The notes under the pieces: model-generated
Told to the model about the DNA's origin: nothing
Seen by the model: only the letters and a program-made list of their open reading frames with translations
The model's database searches: none
Program-made: the position numbers and the translations under genes
Origin: Eledone cirrhosa
Lineage: Eukaryota
DNA: 64,000 nucleotides
Assembly (NCBI GenBank): GCA_964016885.1
Contig: OZ024757.1
Coordinates: 8,184,001-8,248,000, forward strand
Direction: 5' to 3'
Part shown: piece by piece, positions 12,249-22,863 of the stretch
Position numbering within the stretch: the stretch's first letter is position 1
Layout: every line of letters starts with the position of its first letter

Positions 12249-13610
12249 TTAATAATTAAGGTTTTGGACTCATGGTTGTAAAATAAGGAGTTTTGATTCT
12301 TGAACCTGGCCACACATTGACTTGAGCAAGATATTTCATTTTATGTTGTTCCAGTCCACTCAGCTTAAATAAAAATGTGCTTGTATGTCAAAGGGCCAAC
12401 CATGTTACACAGAATCTCCCTAAAGACTATGTTAAGGATGCATATGTCTGAGGAATGCTCAGCCACTTGTTAATTTCATTATTAAGCTGTTCCATTCTTC
12501 AAACAACTGGAACACTCATTGTCGAAACTGAAAGAGGTCCAACAGCAATGCATGTGTGTGTGTATGTATGCATACATGTATGTATGTCTTCTATTTAGAA
12601 AAATTATATGAATTCTTCCAGTAAAGAAGGAGCTAGTTTCTACCAAAGGACCAAATTCTCTTGATAGAATTTAAATAACAAAAATGGTGAGTGTCATTTG
12701 TTGAACTTTAGAAAAGTCTTGCATATCTTTACTGCTACATTCAGATTGTTTTTGTAAAGTATCACTTAGATTTTTACTAACATGTATGTATGAATAATCA
12801 GATGAAGAAAGAAGCTGGTCTCTAAGAAACAAAGGCTCCATTGTTAGAATTTAAACAACACCAGACTAAAGAAACAATTGTTAATACGTTGAATAAACCC
12901 TATTGTACAGCCGACCACGTTATTCTTCACTCATTTACTATTATTATTCAAAGAACCGCTTACTGAGGAACTGTCTTGAATTGGCCACCCAACTAAGGAA
13001 ACTTCTTGTTGAGTCAAACAACGCCGAATGTTAAAACTATCCTCGATACAGAGTAATCATAACCTCTACTAGGATTACCTTAAATGATATCTCGTTAACT
13101 TATATATTTAGAATGTTAGGAAGTGACACTCTAGTTGATATATATAATAATAATAATAAAAAGTAGAAAATGCTAATGCGATTTTTTTATAGAATAACAG
13201 CAAAACATTTATTTACAAAAAAGAAATTTATCATACCGGTTTTAGCCACGTGGGCTTCTTCATACTACGGAAGTAATAACATTTATAATGGAGTTGAGTT
13301 GGATAATAATAAGAATATGGTATAAAATAACATGCTTTACATACATATATATAAAAGTTGGTGGTGTTGACTATAACTGCAGCAGTGGTAGTGAAAGTAA
13401 CAGAGGAGAACTAACTTGTTCTATGTTCTTGGTGTTGACCTCGACAGTTGAGGTCAACACCATATATATATAGGTATTAGAGGTGCAAATTAATTGCTTA
13501 CGTAGCCTGTATGCCAAGATGAGCACTTGATGTTCGTGGGGAGCAGAGTATCAATAATAACAACAAATAGGGAACAAAGAATCAGTATTACATCATATAC
13601 ATATTTAATT

Positions 13611-13702
13611 ACATATTACATATGTTTCACTGTCGATCAGCTCGAGGAACGATCGATTAATGATCGATGCTGACTCTGGAATCGGAAGCTCCTCAGATAT
13701 GT
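13611..13702 (-). ncRNA. Minimal type I hammerhead ribozyme, intact core, extended stem II
   Basis: Stem I acatat/atatgt; CUGAGGA (13696-13690); stem II gct..agt with inner tcagc/gctga; GAAA (13628-13625); palindromic stem III catatg; GUA triplet. Confidence 0.8.
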
Positions 13703-13823
13703 GTTCACATATCTAACTTAATAGCACCGCCTGGCGAAGTCTTTCAAATTAGGATTTGGACACCATGGCCCTCTCAAGTAGAGAGTTATTGTTTACTGTA
13801 GAGTAATGAGTCTACACATGAAC

Positions 13824-13915
13824 ATATATCAGAGGAGCTTCCAATTCCAGAGTCAGGATCGATCATTATTTGCTCGTTCCTCGAGCTGATCAACAGTGAA
13901 ACATATGTAATATGT
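13824..13915 (+). ncRNA. Mirror hammerhead copy with core mutation (CUGA to CAGA)
   Basis: CAGAGGA 13830-13836; GAAA 13898-13901; catatg; UA; atatg. Confidence 0.65.
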
Positions 13916-13994
13916 AATTAAATATGTATATGATACAATACTGATTCTTTGTTCCCATATATTGTTATTATTATTATCATTATATATATATACA

Positions 13995-14202
13995 CATTAC
14001 CCACTCTACTACCCGATTGGGAGAGGGGAAAGTCGATTAGATCGACACCAGTGCATGATTGGTACTTTATTTTATCGACCATGGAAGGATGAAAGGCAAA
14101 GTTAACCTCGGCAGGATTTGAACTCAGATAATAAAGGGCCGTAACTCTTTGCTGCAAAGCATGGCGTCCTTCCCTCTACCGATACTGCCAATCCACCACC
14201 CT
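13995..14202 (-). mobile_element. tRNA-derived SINE
   Basis: Reverse complement of the SINE consensus with A/B boxes. Confidence 0.88.
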
Positions 14203-14232
14203 AGAGTGTAATATAATTATAACAATAATAAT

Positions 14233-15932
14233 GTATTCTTTATTGGCCACAAGGGCTAACATGAAGAAAAACATTACAGACGACACAGAACAGTACAGGA
14301 TGATACAAAGTGGGTTTTGGTCGTGTAAACAGGTTATAACAGGCTAGAAATCAAAAAAATTCAAACAACAAAAATTACCCAAAAAGGGGGGAAGCTTCCG
14401 AGGGTCACTCGTGGCGAAAACTCCCCAAAAGGCCACGGCCACCCTGACAACCAGGGCAAGTGCCCTCTCAGTTTTCCACTCCTCAGTCTACAGGCGCATA
14501 CTTTGAGCAGCCCCGTTCACTCGGCCAGACACGCCACTTTCTCCCACCTTTCAACAAAATTACTAGAAGACAGCACTTGCCTCTCTATCCCGATTTTCCA
14601 AATTCAAGTGAAATTTGAAAAAGTTAATCAGGGATTGGCCGAGGAGGAAAGTCTCCGTCTTCAATCCTTTCAACCATGTCCACCATACAATCTCTTTCAC
14701 CATGGCCACCAGGCGATGAAAACTGCCTGCCCTTCCTCCTCTTTAAAGGAAGACGCCGGGGCTATCTGCACAAGCTGATAACCGGATCCGTCTTACACGT
14801 GACAGCAAATGTTCGACATAGCTCCACGAGTCAGCAATGCTCGGACACTGAACGAGTGCGTGCACAACGGTTTCGTCGCCATGTGCGCATCTCGGACAGA
14901 TTCGGCTGACGGCACTTCCGTGCCTGTAGAGCTTATCTTGAACCGTAAAACGCTTCCCGGTAGCACTGCCAGGCCAGGGATTTCTGGAAGTTGTCCATAG
15001 GCCCCGGGCTGAAAGTTCTCTTGAATAGAGCGAACAGCTGATCGTCGCTTCCATAAAAAGCGGAAGAGGAGGCGCTCCATTTTTGTCAGAGTTGGGGCTG
15101 GGGCGGTAGCTGATGACGGATGCCATGAACGTGTTCGCCACCTCTGCTCGACCTTTCAGGGACAGCTTTCTCCCGGCCCATTTCTGGGTGAGACAGGCCA
15201 CCCTGCTCGTCACCTCGCTCCAGGTTTTCTCCATCTGGAGCAATTTAACCGGTCCTTCCGTCCAGCGCCCTACGACGCTGTCGGGCGGCATGAACTTGCC
15301 TTTCCAGGTGCCGAGCTGCAAGCCCACCGACTATTCCTGGTTTAACTTTGCTCCTATCGCTTTCATATTCCTTGAGAGCAGTGCCGAGCATCTGGACATG
15401 ACTGGTGCTTGATACCACCACGGTGACGTCGTCGGCGTAAGCCGATACGGATCTCCTACATCCCAGTTCACGTGGACGCCTGTCATCGCCTCCAATTTGT
15501 GCAGTAACGGCTCTAGGGCCAATACGTACAAGAGCGACGAGAGTGGACAACCCTGGCGGACCGAGCGCATGATTCTGAACGGCTGTGACAGATGACCTTT
15601 CACCTTCATAACTGAGAAGACGTCGCTGTGCATCGCAGCGATCCAACCCCTGAAAATGGACTCGAAACCGGCCGCCTTGAGGACCGCAGCAAGGTACCGA
15701 TGGTCGACCCTAGAAAATGCCTTAGATTGATCCAAGTTGATCAGGGCCCACCCGTGCCAGGTTCGTTAACCACCCTCTCTATGATGTATCGCATGAGGTG
15801 GAGGTTGTCGTGGACGGATCTGTCTGGAATGGCGCATGTCTGCGGCTCTCCCACCAGATAACCGACAACAAGCGCCAATCTCGTTGCTAACACATTGGCC
15901 AAAATCTTGAAATCTGCGTTTAACAGAGTGGT
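14233..15932 (-). mobile_element. 5'-truncated, frameshifted Tx1-clade LINE (RT, CCHC, 3'UTR)
   Basis: DQSKAFSRVDHRYL, SVRQGCPLSSLLY, SAYADDVT, CPRCAHGDETVVHALVQCP; 3' end cccttgtggccaataaagaatac followed by (ATT)n. Confidence 0.92.
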
Positions 15933-17436
15933 TCCTTCTTTGGTAAGAGTCGGCCTCGAGGCCAGCCCGTCCAAGTCGGAGGTGTCAACCACTATTCAGA
16001 GAGCTTTACAATCTTCGTCTCGGACGCGCGATCTATACTCCTCCAGGTACAAGAGTCCCCTAAAGAGGATGTCCTAAACCTCGGATCACCGATCCACCTG
16101 CCGGCCATCAGGTCTAGGCTCCAGCAGCTCAAGATCCTCACGAGCTGACTGAGCATGATTGACGTCCACCCAGCCCTCTTCCTGTTGAGGAACTGCTTCA
16201 CCATGCAGAAGCTCCTCTATATTCTTCGTAGCGATCCTTGCAACAGCCACACATCTGTACTTGCTGACCCCGACACTTGTATCCGAGCAGCAGCTAAGGA
16301 GATATGCAACGTCAACAGGCCATCTTACCTATTCGATACGGTGGCCTTGGCCTCCGGCCCCCGATCTCGCTGGCTTTGCCGGTGTTTCTTTCGTCGGTAA
16401 CCTTATGCCGCATCCTCATCAAAAAGGTTCTCCTAAACACAATGGAACCCACTGAGATCGAGGAATGTGAGGCCGCCTGCGAGACGTGGAACCGGCTCGG
16501 ACTCAGCCCAGTAGACGATTTTATGCTTTCCCCCTATCGAAGTCATGTCCCCCCAGAGTATTTGGGATGCCATCCAGTGCAACATGGCCTCGGACAGGCT
16601 AGCGCGCCAGTTCGACCAGCACCGCCTCGCATTTTTTCGCTCGGCATTGCAATCTCACAGCACTTCCTGGCTCCATGCCTTACTCTCCCTTTCTACTGGA
16701 ACGCAGCTGGACAATGATAGCCTGCGCATCACGGTTTCACTGAGGCTTGGCCTCCATATGTGCAATCCACACAAATGTCGCTGCAGATCCACCGTAGACT
16801 CTTTTAGCCTCCACCTGCTGTCCTGTCACTACATTGCTGGCCGCCTTCCACACCATGCTGTTCTCAACGAGGTTATAAAGCATGGCTTGGATGCTGCAGG
16901 CTTTCCCTCCTAGCTTCAGCCGGTGGGGCTGGACAGAGGTGAAGGAAAAAGGCCAGACGGCATGACCATCTTCCAGTTACGTGGTGGTAAACCCCTAGCC
17001 TGGGATGCCACATGCAGCGACACATTCTCCAGCGGCAACCTGGTGCAGTCTGCAACTAACCCAGATTCTTCTGCACTTCGGGCTGAGGAGGGTCTACTCT
17101 CCAAATATCGATTGCTCTCCAACAGGTTTGCAGTCAAGCCCCTAGCAGTGGAAACCTCCGGTGTCTTTGGCCCTAGGGCTATCTCCTCAACTACCACCAT
17201 AGGCGCTGAGCTGGGGTGCCGCAGGTGTGAGCCTCACGAGAGGGAATGACTTTTCCAGCGCATCTCCTTTACCATCCTCCGGGGAAACGCCTTCTCCATT
17301 CTGTCCGCCGGAGCCATGGGCGGCCAGCGCATGGGGTCCCATTTGCTCATGATAGTGAGAGTTGGGGAGGGCGAGAGAGATGGAGGCGATGACAGTGGGA
17401 GTTCAGACTTGGATCTACGTGCATATGTATGTTTAC
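15933..17436 (+). mobile_element. 5'-truncated CRE-clade RLE non-LTR retrotransposon (degenerate)
   Basis: GLEASPSKSE, KLLYILRS, LPIRYGGLGLR, VSLRLG..CRC..HLLSC, KRPDGMT..LAWDATCSDT, AVETSGVFGP, FQRISFTILRGNA; followed by (ATT)n. Confidence 0.85.
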
Positions 17437-17453
17437 CATTATTATTATTATTA

Positions 17454-17617
17454 TCGAGGGTCGGACGCCATGCTTTGCAGCAAAGAGTTACGGCCCTTTA
17501 TGGTCTGAGTTCAAATCTCTCCGAGGTTAACTTTGCCTTTCATCCTTACGGGGTCGATAAAATAAAGTACCAGCAATACACTGGGTAATTGCTGGCCTTG
17601 TGCCAAAGTAGAAACAA
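17454..17617 (+). mobile_element. tRNA-derived SINE (5'-truncated)
   Basis: B-box and 3' ggccttgtgccaaagtagaaac followed by attattatt. Confidence 0.88.
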
Positions 17618-17625
17618 TTATTATT

Positions 17626-18075
17626 GATTTCTTTATTGGCCACAAGGGCTGACATCAAGAAATAAGTATGTCTCCAGGCCCTCACTGCCCTCTGCCAGCT
17701 AGGCACCAGTATCAGTGGAACATCCACCTCGGCGTTCTATAGAGGACTAGTGGAGGGGAAGAGCGACGACGTTCTCGGAGAGATCCTGGGCGTCGAAAAA
17801 GATCAGCTGTTTGCTCTCTTCCGGAGAACTTTCAGCCCAGGGCCTATGGATAACTTCCAAAAATCCCTGGCCTAGCAGTGGTGGGTGAATGTATTGAGAA
17901 TGGTCCGAGTGAACGCTCTCAATATACGCCTGTAGTTTGAGAAATGGAAAAACTTGAGAGAGGGCGCTGGCCCTGGTGGTCAAGGTGGCCGTGGTCTTTT
18001 GTGTGGTTTTCGCCACGTGTAACCCTCGGAGGTTTCCCCCCTATTGGGGAATTTTTCATTGTTTCAATTTGATTT
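17626..18075. mobile_element. Inverted Tx1 fragment: 3' tip on the minus strand (17626-17663) joined to an upstream segment on the plus strand (17665-18075)
   Basis: Both parts match Tx1 copy 51135-54142 (about 54105-54142 and 53200-54030, the latter with an internal deletion). Confidence 0.8.
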
Positions 18076-19510
18076 TTATTGTTTACATATGTTTATATAT
18101 ATATATCTGTTAGAACACGAAAAGTGTGATACAACAGAATGTTCACTTTTCGTGTTCTTAACATATATGCCTAGCTTCTTAAAAAATTTTTCGGGGATAG
18201 CCGTGGTGGTGGTGATCGTATGTCATTGGCTAATTTTCAACCAATCAGAGTACCTCTCTCTATATCTCTTCCACTGTTACTTACGCCTGTTTCTCTCTAT
18301 CTGTTCCGTCTCTATATATATCTCTTACTCTTTCGCTTTGCACTCCTCCCCTTCAATACCATCTCTCCCCCTCTCTATATATTTGTTACTCTATCGCTGC
18401 ACGCTCCTCTCCTTCAATATATCAATTACACACGCTTTACACTCCTTTATCCCCAGCGCCCCTATATATACACCCCCCCTCTCCCGCATCTATATTTTAA
18501 TGTACCGTTGCACCGTGAATATATGTGTCTATATATATATACATATATATTGTATATACACATTCATGTATGTGTATACACACTCATGTATGTATATACA
18601 CTGGTTTTATGTGTGTATTGTAAATTTGTACTGTTAAAACACGAAACTAACATTCGATTGACACTTTGATTACCTGTACAGGCAATAGTTATTAGAATGC
18701 TGTTGAAGTGTGTATATATTTTTGGGGGACATCCTGTATATACACACATTATATATAATACAATAAACAGATAAATACACACATATATATATGAGCTTAT
18801 TTAATTATAAATATTGTGAATTTTTAACTCAGTTCAATTATATATATAAATGGCTTCTACAGGACTAGAACTGTTTCATTCGAAAGAAATCATCATAATA
18901 TTGAGAGGGGGGACTAGATAAAATATTTCAAATCAAATGTGTATAAGTTATAAGTTAAAATGTATAAATAGAGACGATAGTGGAGGTATATCTGTTTAGT
19001 GGAACAGTAGACGATAGAATTAAATACAGACGATAATCTCCCTTTAATGAAACAGCAGACGATAGAATTAAGGCAATTTAAATTTTAAGCATTTGCATTT
19101 TTGCCTTTCATCGTTACGGGGTCGATAAAATAAAGTACCAGTAATACACTGTCACTAGACGACTTTCAAATTGAATTGTTGGTTCCATTTCTTTAGTATT
19201 TTCAATTGTAGTTATCTACTTAAAAAGCGTTACACGGTTAGAGACATAATTCGTAAGTTATATCTTCCCTATTAAACCATTGCATTATTTCGCCTACAAT
19301 AGAACAAAAATGAAATGTTCTTTAAAGAAACAGGAATATAACTTTATAAAAAAAAAAGTTGCATCCGCTTCTTTTATCATTGATAATTTTTTCGTTTTAA
19401 TATTAATCGTTTTTTGTAGTTGTTTATATTAAAAATCTTACTGTAATATTTACTTAAACGAAGGCAAACATCTAAACTTATAGATTAATCTTGAGCGAAG
19501 GACTAGATAA

Positions 19511-19610
<100 letters not shown>

Positions 19611-19994
19611 GAAGAATGATAAAATTTCAAGCAAAGAGTTTAATTAGGTATATTTTGTAATATTATTAACTAATTATTATAATTAACGCGCATATTTTGC
19701 TATCCTCAAACACGTTTACACATGGCATGAAATATAACTAATCCGAGATGGCTAGGTTTCATCTTCTAACTGGATATACGAAATCCATTATGTCTTGACA
19801 ACAACATGAGGTAACATTATGTTATTCACAGACACACTTTGTACACTGTTCCATATCAGAATGTATTTCCTTCGTCACATTCACAAACAGTATTGAAAAT
19901 ATGTTCTTCGGCAAATAAAAATGTTTTGTTTATAATATTTCAACTAGCGATTGCTCTACTCCACGCACGACCACCATAAATTAATGACCAGCTC

Positions 19995-20172
19995 AACACA
20001 AGTATTGGTAGAGCGTCAGACACCATGCTTTGCAGTATTGTTATGGTCCTTTGCATTCTAAGTTCAAATCCTGCCGAGGTTAACTTCGACTTTCATACTT
20101 ACTAATTCGATAAAATAAAGTACCAGTAATGGACTGCCGTAATGGATTTGTGCCGAAAAATAGAAACACTAT
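19995..20172 (+). mobile_element. Diverged tRNA-derived SINE
   Basis: ggtagagcgtcagac, aagttcaaatcc, gataaaataaagtaccag. Confidence 0.8.
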
Positions 20173-20725
20173 TAATGTGCAATAAGAGCAAAATATAACG
20201 ACATTGCTCAATTATTTTATCTAATGTTGTAATAACACAAGGAAATGTTGTTTGTGTATTTTTTTTTATATTTGCTCATAGGCTTTTACAATTTCGCTCA
20301 GCCAACAACTATTAAAAAGTGAGTTGCTTAAGATAACAATTTAATCACAAATTGTTGCTATCTTTTAATACACTCCAACAAGTCATCAAATTATGTACAA
20401 TAAAAACAAATCTTATTAATGTGCTCAGGGAATATAAAGAAAATGTATATACACTGATAATTGCAATTGTATGTAAATATTTTGTTTTTGTATTGTATAT
20501 TTTATGTTTTCTATTATGTATAATATATTGATTTAATATTGATTGTTTTTTGTAGTTGTTTATATTAAAAGTCTGAAAATATTTTTATACATCTTACACT
20601 AATATTTATAAGATAATTTATAATAACAATTACATAATATAATTACATTACAACGATAATTTATTATTAATATATATCCTGTTTAACTAGAGTTATTACA
20701 AGCGTTGCCTTAAAAAAATATTAAA

Positions 20726-21680
20726 CTAGACATGAAAAATGCGCAAGCTCAAAAGTGCCACAGAATGTTATAATAAACCTTCAAAAGTGTGGGACTAGAG
20801 TTGTTGCTAAAAAATATTGTAATCATTATATATCGTACATTCTGTGGCATCCTTTATAAAAATAGCTTAAACCAACGAAGCCTTTATTTTTACGCTATTT
20901 CACTTAGTTAATTCTTAGAGTGTAATATATAAAAATAAATACATCTATGTTTAATGTAATAACAGCTATAAATAATTACGTAATATTATTATCATATACT
21001 CATAGTAACAAAATAATTGTGTTGAAACTTAATATGATGCTTATATGAACGATCAAATCTATAATGATAATTTCTTAAATATACTAATAGTAAAATAATT
21101 TAGTTATCTATTGTTACATTTTCATAGAACTATAATATTAACAATCGTATTGCATTATCAAATTTTTATCACTACAAACTTTCATATTGGAATTACCTTA
21201 AGCCACTTATTATTACTTCGCTTTCGTACTTTTACAGCTGTAGATATTGCGCTGTATCTTATATCTAATATCAATATCTCGTGGTAATTTGCATGAAGTG
21301 TAAAATAGGTTTATTAATAACTTTAATATGAAATGTATTATACAGGGCTGCGGAGTCGGCCAAAAATTGACTGGCTCCAACTCAGGATCCGATACTCCAT
21401 TATTTCCTAAATTTCAGCTCCGGAGCTCTGTTATTATATTAATTAATTTATTTTATAGTTGTAAATGATATTTTTATATGTTACACTCTAAGAATTAACT
21501 AAGTGAAATAACGTAAAAATAAAGGCTTCGTTGGTTTAAGCTATTTTTATAAAGGATGCCACAGAATGTACGATATATAATGATTACAATATTTTTTAGC
21601 AACAACTCTAGTCCCACACTTTTGAAGGTTTATTATAACATTCTGTGGCACTTTTGAGCTTGCGCATTTTTCATGTCTAG
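20726..21680. mobile_element. Foldback/MITE-like element with ~210-bp TIRs
   Basis: 20726-20937 is the near-perfect reverse complement of 21470-21680 (ends ctagacatg / catgtctag). Confidence 0.8.
21343..21430. mobile_element. Miniature hAT-like element
   Basis: TIRs cagggctgcggag / ctccggagctctg; 8-bp TSD gtattata / ttattata. Confidence 0.7.
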
Positions 21681-21701
21681 TATATATATACATATATATA
21701 T

Positions 21702-21752
21702 ACCACCCTCACCAAGCCCTCTCTGGATTTTGGGGTCTTTTGTATTTACTAT

Positions 21753-21820
<68 letters not shown>

Positions 21821-21871
21821 CACCCTAACCAAGTCCTCTCTGGATTTGGGGTCTTTGTATTTATTATTACT

Positions 21872-21925
<54 letters not shown>

Positions 21926-21972
21926 ACCCTAACCAAGTTCTCTCTGGATTTGGGGGTCTTTGTATTTATTAT

Positions 21973-22012
<40 letters not shown>

Positions 22013-22283
22013 ATTTTGGGGTCTTTGTATTTATTATTACTATATATATATATATATATACCACCCTAACCAAGTCCTCTCTGGATTTTGGGGTCTTTGT
22101 ATTTATTATTACTATATATATATATATATATATATATGGATTTTGGTGTCTTTGTATTTATTATTACTATATATATATATATATATATACCACCATAACC
22201 AAGTCCTCTATGGATTTTGGTGTCTTTGTATTTATTATTACTATATATATATATACCACCCTAACCAAGTCCTCTCTGGATTT
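21702..22283. repeat. Minisatellite: ~52-bp unit separated by variable (TA)n
   Basis: ccaccctaaccaagtcctctctggattttggggtctttgtatttattattac(ta)n, about 8 full or partial units. Confidence 0.93.
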
Positions 22284-22286
22284 TTG

Positions 22287-22604
22287 AAAATTGACTGGCT
22301 CCAACTCAGGATCCGATACTCCATTATTTCCTAAATTTCAGCTCCGCAGCTCTGTTATTATATTAATTAATTTATTTTATAGTTGTAAATCATATTTTTA
22401 TATGTTACACTCTAAGAATTAACTAAGTGAAATAGCGTAAAAATAAAGGCTTCGTTGGTTTAAGCTATTTTTATAAAGGATGCCACAGAATGTACGATAT
22501 ATAATGATTACAATATTCTTTAGCAACAACTCTAGTCCCACACTTTTGAAGGTTTATTATAACATTCTGTGGAATTTTTGAGCTTGCGCATTTTTCATGT
22601 CTAG
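22287..22604. repeat. Direct duplicate of 21363-21680
   Basis: Near-identical ~320-bp block. Confidence 0.93.
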
Positions 22605-22654
22605 TATATATATGTTTCTATGTCTTTTTTTCTTCTTTTCTTATATAAATAATA

Positions 22655-22760
22655 AAAATCTTTACACGCACAAAACCCAGATCGTACCGTCCTGTACCGT
22701 CCTATGCCGTCGTCTGTAATGTTTTTCTTGATGTCAGCCCTTGTGGCCAACAAAGAAATC
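22655..22760 (+). mobile_element. Tx1 3' terminus
   Basis: gtaccgtcctgt...cccttgtggccaacaaagaaatc followed by (ATT)n; matches the 3' end of 51135-54142. Confidence 0.85.
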
Positions 22761-22782
22761 ATTATTATTATTATTATTATTA

Positions 22783-22832
22783 CAGTTGCATTTATCTTGC
22801 TTTATGTTCATACGAGTTATCACCAAGTCACA
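22783..22832 (-). mobile_element. Dong-B 3' tip only (50 nt) between (ATT)n tracts
   Basis: Identical to the 3' end at 27957. Confidence 0.9.
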
Positions 22833-22863
22833 ATTATTATTATTATTATTATTTTTTTTTTTT

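Larger units (their letters stand above)
13553..13972. repeat. ~160-bp inverted repeat with ~110-bp spacer (Penelope pLTR-like)
   Basis: Arms ~13553-13709 and ~13817-13972 are near reverse complements. Confidence 0.92.

Noticed and set aside
21702-22283. CRISPR-like repeat-spacer array or telomeric repeats
   Set aside because: Spacers are only (TA)n, context is eukaryotic with no cas genes; CCCTAA occurs once per unit, not in tandem
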